Assembly (NCBI RefSeq): GCF_001194135.2
Contig: NC_068981.1
Location: forward strand, 76,746,160-76,810,159
Direction: 5' to 3'
DNA length: 64,000 nt
Origin: Octopus bimaculoides
Taxonomy: Eukaryota
The position numbers and the translations under genes were made by a program. This document shows, piece after piece, positions 53,575 through 64,000 of this stretch; the stretch's first letter is position 1, and each line of letters starts with the position of its first letter. Below the pieces are notes generated by a model. The model was not told the origin of the DNA and ran no database searches. It was given only the letters and a program-made list of their open reading frames with translations.

Positions 53575-53870
53575 AAGAACTGACTGGTTGAGGAGTTCGC
53601 TTCGGGGTCTGAGATCCCGAGTTAATTGCCGATACAGAACACCTTGAGCAAATGTCTTTTAGGACTACTTCGAAGCTAAGTTTTATGGACGAATCTGAAT
53701 AGAAGTGAAGTTTAGCAACCTGTCGGATAGAGAGTGGTTGTAAGTCAACGAGTCAGACTTCATACACAGTGTTCACCTGCCCTTATTCAGAAGTTACATT
53801 CAGAGAACACATCTGTGAATACTCATTCATTTAACTGACATAAAATGACTATATGTTTCCTTTGGTCGAA
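53575..53870 (+). mobile_element. Old tRNA-derived SINE
   Basis: Degenerate head ggttgaggagttcgcttcg..atcccgagtt and caccttgagcaaatgtctt. The tail is weakly similar to family B. Confidence 0.4.
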
Positions 53871-54069
53871 TAATTGAAATACTCGTTTTTGAAATAGATG
53901 TTGAGATTCACTCATTCATTAACTTTCTACCACCGTTTTGCTTTGGCGTCTGTTGATAAAATCTGTATTCTATATACGTATTGAAGAACATTTCTTTAGA
54001 CAGAACTTAAATCTCAGATATGTGTGAATATTAACGAGTGGGTGTCATCTCTTCAGAGAGAAGCAAAAC

Positions 54070-54144
<75 letters not shown>

Positions 54145-54201
54145 TAAAGCGAGAGGTGGAAAAATAGGAAGAATGAGAGCGGGAGAAAGAGAGAGAAAGA
54201 G

Positions 54202-54234
<33 letters not shown>

Positions 54235-54427
54235 GAGAGGTGAGAAAGAGAGAGAGGTGAGAAAGAGAGAAAGAGAGAGAGAAGGGTTAAACTTCCAGAC
54301 TAAGTAAGGAAATGAAATTAATAGCGTAGGGCAATATAGTCTTTATAAGCCATTCGACAAAAGATCTACTCATCAAAAATTCATCAGCTAAGATAAGACG
54401 TGAGGTAGCAACGGAAAGACAGAGCTT

Positions 54428-54510
<83 letters not shown>

Positions 54511-54810
54511 GATTGTTTGTTTGAAGGGATGGATCGATGGTGGGAAGGAGGGACAGCTAGATAGCTACATAGAGAGATAAGAGAAAAAGTAGAGGAAAGA
54601 GATTCAGAAGGGGGAGAGGAAAATGCATTGCGATAGATTTAGAGATAGAGACAGACATCTTAACATTACGTCGTCATGCAAATATAAAACTAATTAACTG
54701 TTGTCGATTTTAATACAACCGAGTCTTATGCTGACTTATGATACGAATAATTCATTACTAAATTAAGAAACACACATCATATATACATATATATACATAG
54801 ATACATATAA

Positions 54811-54846
<36 letters not shown>

Positions 54847-55283
54847 NNNNNNNNNNNNNNNNNNNNNNNNNNNNNNNNNNNNNNNNNNNNNNNNNNNNNN
54901 NNNNNNNNNNNNNNNNNNNNNNNNNNNNNNNNNNNNNNNNNNNNNNNNNNNNNNNNNNNNNNNNNNNNNNNNNNNNNNNNNNNNNNNNNNNNNNNNNNNN
55001 NNNNNNNNNNNNNNNNNNNNNNNNNNNNNNNNNNNNNNNNNNNNNNNNNNNNNNNNNNNNNNNNNNNNNNNNNNNNNNNNNNNNNNNNNNNNNNNNNNNN
55101 NNNNNNNNNNNNNNNNNNNNNNNNNNNNNNNNNNNNNNNNNNNNNNNNNNNNNNNNNNNNNNNNNNNNNNNNNNTATATATATACGTGCGTGCTTGTGTA
55201 TGTATATGTAAATTTATATATTTGTATACACACATATATGTATACACGTATGTATGATGTATGTATATATGTATGTATATTTG

Positions 55284-55586
55284 TTCAGTTTTATTTCAAG
55301 ATGTCTTGCCCATAGAGAAAGAGCCGGTTTCTAACCTAGATTTAAGATTCCTTCATTGGAATTTCAACATCAACATCAAGGTCATTTTTTGTATGTATGT
55401 ATGAATTTATAAGTGCAGATTTATACGTTTTGCTTTATGTATGTATTCTCTTGTATATAGTTGCATGAATAGACATGCTCATATATATTTAAATGATAAA
55501 CGTCTGGGCTGAACCTGTAGTCTTCGAATTAGCTCTCACCTTTCTGGTTTTGAGAAGTCTAATTTCTCAAGATTGGCATTTAGGCA
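55284..55586 (-). mobile_element. R4/Dong-like LINE 3' end, copy A (short, 5'-truncated)
   Basis: Collinear with copy B: tctggttttgagaagtctaatttctcaagattggcatttagg vs tctgtttttgagatgcctaatttctcaagattgctatttagg at 58958-58999, plus a shared 3' UTR and terminal segment. Confidence 0.75.
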
Positions 55587-57105
55587 GTGTGTTACATATC
55601 CAACCTATGAATGTCTGTCTATCTGTATGTATGTATGCATGTATGTTTCTATGTATGTATGTATGTATGTATGTATATTATTATTCATTTTATTTCAAGA
55701 TTTCTTGCCAATAGAGAAATAACTAGATTCTCACCTAGTTCCAAATCTCCTTAATCGGAATTTCAACATCAACAACAGGGTATGTATGTATGTATGTATG
55801 TATGTATGTATGTATGTATGTATGTATGTATATGCGTATGTATGTGCAGATGTGTATGTCTTATGTAGTTGCATATCTAGACATGCTCATCTTACATATT
55901 AAAACTGAAAATGTCTTTGTGTATGTGTGTGTGTGGCAGTATGTCCTCATTTTGAGCCAAAACGATTCGACTGATTTTTCTTAAGCTTCACACGCACATT
56001 GCTTATGTGTCTGGGGAGGTTTTAAGTATAAAATGATTTCGAAAGAATGTTCGGGTAAACGGCGGGAGGAATAACATTTGGGCGTGGTTGAACGGCGGGC
56101 GTAATTATTGTTAAGCTTCCAATGGAAATAACCCATTCCCTCCTTCGTAAAGTATTTGGTAAAAATGAAATTGAGTATACTTATTTCTTAGTATTTGAAC
56201 TATTTTAGTTATTTTCTCAATTTATCCAGTACAAGTCTTAAACAAGTTAATGGTATTCTCCTAAACAATAGATCCACTTATTTCGGTTAGTGACTTATTC
56301 ATGAATATATGAACACTAGCGCTGCTGAGGGTAATATTCTTTGGGAACGGATAGAAGCTTTTTTCACAGTTAATTACTCCTTTGAATTTTCATCTCATAT
56401 CTAATTAGCCTGTTAGTACATAACATGTTTCACGATATTAGTATACATACCTTATTAGTATTTCCTCCTATGTTCTATATACTCTGGGAACATATTAAAG
56501 TCCTTTTCGGGGCTACTTTATTTGAATTCTTACTATAGGGTAATTAAATTCATGTTATTACATAACTGACTTCACAGTTTGGGTATTCATAACTTACTGG
56601 GAATTCCTAAAAACAAGATCCATTGTAAGACAGTTCGGTATTCCCAATACATACACAAAAACCGTTTTAAGGGCTACATACTTTGTATTGTTCTTACTGG
56701 TTTAGCGAAACAATTATAAGAATGGAACCAAGGGATAAGCCCGCTTTCCCGGGAATTACCGGACATATCACCTGGTATATATATATATATATATNNNNNN
56801 NNNNNNNNNNNNNNNNNNNNNNNNNNNNNNNNNNNNNNNNNNNNNNNNNNNNNNNNNNNNNNNNNNNNNNNNNNNNNNNNNNNNNNNNNNNNNNNNNNNN
56901 NNNNNNNNNNNNNNNNNNNNNNNNNNNNNNNNNNNNNNNNNNNNNNNNNNNNNNNNNNNNNNNNNNNNNNNNNNNNNNNNNNNNNNNNNNNNNNNNNNNN
57001 NNNNNNNNNNNNNNNNNNNNNNNNNNNNNNNNNNNNNNNNNNNNNNNNNNNNNNNNNNNNNNNNNNNNNNNNNNNNNNNNNNNNNNNNNNNNNNNNNNNN
57101 NNNNN

Positions 57106-57150
<45 letters not shown>

Positions 57151-57151
<1 letters not shown>

Positions 57152-57533
57152 ACGCTTTTGGTGCGAATGGTTTTGTTAAACGACGCTGTATTTTACAATG
57201 CTGTAAATAATAATAATGTTATTTTTATATAAGCTTAAGGTTTGTGGCGTTCACCGTGCAATGACTAAAGAAAATAGTCTAATAACGAGGTATATTAACC
57301 CTCGAGAGTAAAAAGAAGGCTTTCCCATCCGCGTGTAAAGATAACACACGCAGTCATGGTAACAAAGGAATGAGAAAGCCTTCGAGGGCTAATATGCCCT
57401 GTTATTAGACTAGTTTCCTTATTCATTGCACGGTGAACGGCATAAGCATTAAGCTAATATAAAAATACCCTAATTATTATTTACAGGATTGTAAAATACG
57501 GCACTGTATAATAAGGCCGTTCGCACCGAAAGC

Positions 57534-57536
<3 letters not shown>
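57151..57536. mobile_element. Fold-back MITE (~386 bp, almost fully palindromic) in a (TA)n context
   Basis: tacgcttttggtgcgaatgg / ccgttcgcaccgaaagcata, with nested inverted blocks inward to gcgtgt/acacgc. Confidence 0.85.
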
Positions 57537-57583
<47 letters not shown>

Positions 57584-58527
57584 NNNNNNNNNNNNNNNNN
57601 NNNNNNNNNNNNNNNNNNNNNNNNNNNNNNNNNNNNNNNNNNNNNNNNNNNNNNNNNNNNNNNNNNNNNNNNNNNNNNNNNNNNNNNNNNNNNNNNNNNN
57701 NNNNNNNNNNNNNNNNNNNNNNNNNNNNNNNNNNNNNNNNNNNNNNNNNNNNNNNNNNNNNNNNNNNNNNNNNNNNNNNNNNNNNNNNNNNNNNNNNNNN
57801 NNNNNNNNNNNNNNNNNNNNNNNNNNNNNNNNNNNNNNNNNNNNNNNNNNNNNNNNNNNNNNNNNNNNNNNNNNNNNNNNNNNNNNNNNNNNNNNNNNNN
57901 NNNNNNNNNNNNNNNNNNNNNNNNNNNNNNNNNNNNNNNNNNNNNNNNNNNNNNNNNNNNNNNNNNNNNNNNNNNNNNNNNNNNNNNNNNNNNNNNNNNN
58001 NNNNNNNNNNNNNNNNNNNNNNNNNNNNNNNNNNNNNNNNNNNNNNNNNNNNNNNNNNNNNNNNNNNNNNNNNNNNNNNNNNNNNNNNNNNNNNNNNNNN
58101 NNNNNNNNNNNNNNNNNNNNNNNNNNNNNNNNNNNNNNNNNNNNNNNNNNNNNNNNNNNNNNNNNNNNNNNNNNNNNNNNNNNNNNNNNNNNNNNNNNNN
58201 NNNNNNNNNNNNNNNNNNNNNNNNNNNNNNNNNNNNNNNNNNNNNNNNNNNNNNNNNNNNNNNNNNNNNNNNNNNNNNNNNNNNNNNNNNNNNNNNNNNN
58301 NNNNNNNNNNNNNNNNNNNNNNNNNNNNNNNNNNNNNNNNNNNNNNNNNNNNNNNNNNNNNNNNNNNNNNNNNNNNNNNNNNNNNNNNNNNNNNNNNNNN
58401 NNNNNNNNNNNNNNNNNNNNNNNNNNNNNNNNNNNNNNNNNNNNNNNNNNNNNNNNNNNNNNNNNNNNNNNNNNNNNNNNNNNNNNNNNNNNNNNNNNNN
58501 NNNNNNNNNNNNNNATATATATATGCT

Positions 58528-58850
58528 TATTATAGCCTCAGGCCGACCAAAACCTTGTCAGTGAATTTCGTACTCGGAAACTGAAAGAAGTTTGTCGTAT
58601 ATATGTGTATATTTGTGTATGTGTGTGTGTATGTCTTGTGTGCGTGTTCTTGAGTTTTTACCCCTACCATTGCTTGACAACTGATGTTGCTGTGTTTACA
58701 TTCCTGTTACTTAGTGGTTTGGTAAAAGACAAATACAGAATGTGTACTAGGCTTAGAAACAATAAATCCTGTGGTTGATGTCTTCGATCAACGGCGGCGC
58801 TCAAGCATGGCAACAGTCACATAACTGAAGTATATAAAGCAATAAAAATC
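58528..58850 (+). mobile_element. SINE family A, diverged, inside the Helitron
   Basis: tatagcctcaggccgaccaaa...ggaaactgaaagaag...cattgcttgacaactgatg...gctcaagcatggc. Confidence 0.8.
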
Positions 58851-60147
58851 TATACCATTTTAATCCCGAGCAAAGCCGGATATTTCAGCTGGTATATATT
58901 TAAATGATAAACTTCAGGAAGGTTTGACAGACTTTTACATTTTCAGTGATGGGTTGGATCTGTTTTTGAGATGCCTAATTTCTCAAGATTGCTATTTAGG
59001 GACACAATAATTACAGGCATAAACCGGAACTTGTAATCTGGATAGAGTAACTGCAGATTTCTCAATAGTTCAGCATAGCTGTTCTCTTTTCCTCTGATCT
59101 TTAGCTTTATATTAACATCTGCTGGGCAGCTAATTCCAACAATTGTGCATAATTTCTCTTCTCTATCCCAAATCATTATATCAGGTCTGTTGTGCTTACA
59201 TTTTATTGAGGTCTCGCTGGTACATTCCATCAGTATTTCTTTTTTTATTATGAGTGTTAATGACTTCTACCATATTGTGGATTCTTATTTCTCCTCAGGA
59301 TTATCATTCCGACGGATTTCATTATAGAGTCACGAGATCGTTGGTTCAATTCTCGAACCGTCACTCGGGCTCATCACAGATTTTGCATAAGACACATGCC
59401 AGCTCGAAGAATTTCACGTTTTTCTGCAATATTTCTAGTCCTAAAAGGTATATTTCTTAAATCCAGCACTATGTCATTCACCATTTCTAAGTTAAGGGTA
59501 AAAATAAAGCAGCTCTGCAAAACACAATTGATCTTTACACACAGGCGTACAGAATAAAAGCAATCAAATAACGACAGTGGAGTGCACAACAAACATCAGC
59601 GATCTGACTGTCACTTGTACATCTTGACAAGGGATACCAGTTAGTCTTTTACACCTACCAGGCTCGTTCGTATTAGCGCGAGTTGCTGGATAATTTTTCG
59701 TTCTTTTGAGAATATTGTAGATCGGAAACTTTTCATAGATTGGAATTTAAATCCTAATCTCTATAGAAATTTATTGGTTCAAGAAAACATTGAATTTTAA
59801 TTACTTTTAATATTTACGATTATAGATAACAACTCAGGCTGTGACTTCTAAGCCCGAGTCAGGCACGTGTGAACGATTTCGAGAGAACGTCCATTATGAA
59901 TGATATTTTTTTTTACATAGGGCAACTCTAAGACGACCACCAGACGCTGAACGAAAATAAATGAACTGCAATCAGGCTCATTAAAAGGGGAAAATACATA
60001 ATCGAAGTCAGTGTTGGCAGAAATTAAATCAGCTCGCAAAGACTCGTTTACTAAGCCCGAACAGCTCGAGTGCCGAAGTCACCACTGGTATGTATGTATG
60101 TATGTATGTATGTATGTATGTATGTATGTATGTATGTATGTATGTAG

Positions 60148-60312
60148 TGGCACTCCGTCGGTTACGACGACAAGTGTTCCAGTCAAATCGATCAACAGAA
60201 CAAACTACTCGTGAAATCAAGCGTCTTGCTCAAGGACACAACGAACCTCCAGATATCAAAATCCCGACATTGCATCCGGGATTTCTCGACTGCTAAGTCA
60301 CGTGCCTTCACC
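60148..60312 (-). mobile_element. SINE family B with an internal deletion
   Basis: The tail (ggcactccgtcggttacgacg) is joined at about 60220 directly to the head segment gtcttgctcaaggacacaac. Confidence 0.8.
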
Positions 60313-60631
60313 ATATGTGTGTGTATGTGTGTAATGCTTGTATGCATGTACGTGCGTACGCATGTTATGCGTGTATGTATTCTTTTATTCTGTTATCCCT
60401 TTCACACATACAGCTACAGTCATGCTGGAGCACCACTGTGGAGATATATCTATGTATATCTTTATTTATAAACGCACGTACACACTGATATATGTATATA
60501 TCAATTTATATATTTACCCATCTGTCTACATAAATAAGCACAGAATGTACATACACACACTCACACGCACTCACACGCACTCACACGCACACTCACAGAC
60601 ACACAGACACACAGACACAGACACAGGCACA

Positions 60632-60667
<36 letters not shown>

Positions 60668-60726
60668 TACACACACACATACACACACACACACANNNNN
60701 NNNNNACACACACACATACATACACA

Positions 60727-60773
<47 letters not shown>

Positions 60774-61803
60774 TGGTTAACTCTCGCTAGGCTTCTGCTG
60801 ATCATCTTTCTCAATAACTCTTCCGGGATACGTCGTTTCGTCGTTTTAATATATATTGCTTCCACACCTTTTGAACTGTCGGTCGAATGAATAAATGACT
60901 TATGTGTCTAACATATAAAGTAAACTTTTCAAAATTAAATGAAAAAAATAATAAACGTGAACTTTTCAATTTTCTTAAGTTTCACTTTTAAGTTTTTGTT
61001 TATCTCAATGTCGTTTCTAAACACTGTAAACACGGAGTCATTTCAATTATATTTTCACTTCAGAAGGAAGACAAATAAGTTGTAATAGATAGAGAAGGAG
61101 AAGAATGGTAGCAGAACTCTTAACAGGGAGTTGGGGAAGACAGGTCAGCAGAACGAAATAGAAATCTTCAGAGAAGCAAATTTCGGTGGAGCGAGATATA
61201 AAGTGCAGAAGTGAGAGAATACATCAATGCCATCTAGTAAAAGGAGACGTCGGTCTAACGACACAGAACCTATCAGTTGTAGAATACAAACATCGCAGTA
61301 AAAATTACAAAACCGAAAAAAATAGTGGCTAATGCAAGGACACGTAAAACTTCAGATCAAACATCTCAAAAACCAAAGAAAAAAAAGTGGGGAGGAAATA
61401 AAGTATTAGACAAGGAAGTTAAAATTTCTGAGGAAGAAACACACACGAAAGAAACTGAAAGAAAGAGATTCATTAATGAATGCGAACGCACTTCAATGAA
61501 GAAGAAAGAGTGCTATAGTGATTGCTTTAAGAGTAATCAGAGATGATAGGGAGACTGCTTTGATAAAATACAAAATTTGATGAATTTGCAGAGTCAAGGC
61601 TAGAAAGTAAGCTGCAAAGACAGATGCTGACTGTTCAAAATATGGTGCAACAAAAGAGATAACGAAAAGACTCGAAGCAGATCGAAAAACGAATTCTAAA
61701 TTCAATTTATATTCTGTTTATGTTTAACTGCCGATAAGAATCTTAGAATACGCGAACGGTACATATGTGCCATTAGTATGAATTCCAAGGGATATGGTAC
61801 CTT

Positions 61804-61913
<110 letters not shown>

Positions 61914-62285
61914 TATACATATATGTATGTATGTATATATTCACACGCGTATCAGAGAAGTGTTTATATATGAGTATGCGTGTAAGACACTGTAAGTGTT
62001 TGTATGTACGTGTTTGTGAATGTGTGTATGTGTGTGCATATGTATCTGCGTGCATCAGTTTATAATACACAATTATGTGTATATACTTACTGATATGTTA
62101 AGCAAATACCCTGTTCCGAGAGGGTGTGTTTGTTTGTACGAAACTGCAAATAGAAACCTTAAATGATTTAGCTTTCCAAGTGTATAGAATAGTCTAAGTA
62201 AAAGCTAATTTCAGGAACATACACTCTCCACGGAAGTGTGCTAAGAACTACCACTCCATACTCATTTGTGGGTGACATTTAAGCC

Positions 62286-62343
<58 letters not shown>

Positions 62344-62934
62344 ACCCGTTTAGTAATACTTGTCGAATGAAAGAGTACTCACTCTCATGGCAAAGATTAA
62401 TGGTATTATATTTTGCTCGAGTCAGCTTCCTAGAACTCTGAGTTTCATATGTAAACACACAGAATCTTGCTGGTCCTGTGTGCCTGCTGGTGAAACTCAG
62501 AGTAGCAAGAGGCTGACTGGAAGAAAATTATATAAATGTGTGTGTGCGTGTGTTTGTATGTGTGTGTATGTGTGCTTGTATGTGCATGTATGCTTACACA
62601 TGATCTTCACATCACACACCTAAGCAGTTATTATTTTTGTTTGTAAGTCTTCAATAATAAAAAAAATTAACAAAGACAGGCAATTAGATCTATGTCAACA
62701 ATCTCTCTGCAAGTGACACTGAACGAAATACAAGAATCTCGAATTTATCATGAAAGCAAGCGGATACCTATGTATATATTAATGTATGTGTGTGTATATA
62801 TTTAGCTACACACACACACGCACATGAAATTACATTATACACATATGTGAATGCTTGTGTGGGCTATATTGCATAAAAATAAACAATTCTTTTGTATATG
62901 TGTGTACACATATATATCAATATACATACATACA

Positions 62935-62965
<31 letters not shown>

Positions 62966-63339
62966 GCTAATGTGTGTATGTATACACACACACACACACA
63001 CACACACACANNNNNNNNNNNNNNNNNNNNNNNNNNNNNNNNNNNNNNNNNNNNNNNNNNNNNNNNNNNNNNNNNNNNNNNNNNNNNNNNNNNNNNNNNN
63101 NNNNNNNNNNNNNNNNNNNNNNNNNNNNNNNNNNTATATATATATATATATATATATGCATTATATATATGCATAGACATGATATTGTATTATATACGGT
63201 TCACTCACATACATAAATATGTATAATATATATGTACATGTGTACATAAATGTGCCTGAGCGTGTGTTTTGAATTTTGTCACGTGATCAATAAAATCAGA
63301 TACATATGTAACTGAAGTTTATAGATCACGTGGTCTGTC

Positions 63340-63700
63340 AATATCGCCTGCTCGAGCAAACCTCTCCCATATTACAACCGGTCTGTCTGAAAATATTGAT
63401 TCTTAATTCCGCGCTAAATCTTATCTCTAATCCACTTTGTAGTTTACTGTTATTTCACTCTCTTTCTTTACCTCTTTCTTTTCTTACTAATTCTCTCCCC
63501 TGGCCCACTTCCATTTGCTTCCACTCCCTTTCTCTCTGATCTTATTGACATATGCAAATTCTATCTAGCTTTCACGTTATATTAATACTCAAACATTCCC
63601 ACCTTTCTTCAACTTCCTCTTTTCCTCTTTCTCTTTGTATCTGTAGTAATTCCTGTACGTCATTATGCACACATACCACACCCCTTGCATACTCAAACGT
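63340..63700 (+). mobile_element. Possible very old Penelope-like RT remnant
   Basis: TTGLSENIDS and TSLCTH(I)PH (about 63657-63682) resemble TExLSxxIDS and TSLYTNIPH. Confidence 0.3.
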
Positions 63701-64000
63701 TCATAACATACATCATACTCACATACTTGCACACAATGAATGAAACAGAAAATTCCTACACTCATTTACATATAAAACTCTGTTTCGCATACACACACAA
63801 ACACACACACACATAATCATAGAAAATCTTAAACGCATTGACTCAAGTAATGCAAACGCTGACACATTATTTCTTTTAGAATCGTCGTCATCATCTTGAT
63901 TATTTCGCATCAAATCTCTTTATTCACTCATTTCTTCACAATACATACAACAGCCGGATATTTCTTCCAAAACGACACGAAATATTCGCCAGAATATCAC

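Larger units (their letters stand above)
55890..58892 (+). mobile_element. Non-autonomous Helitron, ~3.0 kb including two N-gaps
   Basis: 5' end A|TCttacatattaaaactg; 3' end is an imperfect hairpin ccgagcaaagccgg followed by CTGG|T; no TSD. The joined flanks match the empty site at 55471-55501. Confidence 0.8.
55683..59250 (-). mobile_element. R4/Dong-like LINE 3' fragment, copy B, with a restriction-like endonuclease domain; interrupted by a Helitron
   Basis: ORF 59230-58943 reads SIKCKHNRPDIMIWDREEKLCTIVGISCPADVNI...KENSYAELLRNLQLLYPDYKF, carrying the RPD motif of the RLE domain in R2/R4/NeSL-type elements. Confidence 0.8.

Overview
This is AT-rich, microsatellite-saturated eukaryotic non-coding DNA from a gapped short-read assembly, with about 20 N-gaps, almost all flanked by simple repeats. 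The SINE families look like octopus (Octopus bimaculoides-like) repeats; that assignment is from recall, not a lookup. I found no confident host exon, rRNA, true tRNA or CRISPR array, and almost all ORF-track entries are microsatellite or N artefacts. The window is a transposon graveyard: three tRNA-derived SINE families, Penelope-like element (PLE) remnants including one long RT+GIY-YIG fragment, RTE, L1/Tx1-like and R4/Dong-like LINE fragments, a ~3 kb non-autonomous Helitron and several fold-back MITE-like elements. Three signals stand out. (1) A set of minimal type I hammerhead ribozyme motifs, including two intact copies in a ~95% identical inverted repeat at 34.3-35.1 kb and a dispersed family with an extra core nucleotide and a conserved stem I bulge. 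(2) A Helitron whose A|T empty site is preserved in a neighbouring paralogous LINE tail. (3) An R4/Dong-like LINE family whose 3' ends run into (CATA)n microsatellites.
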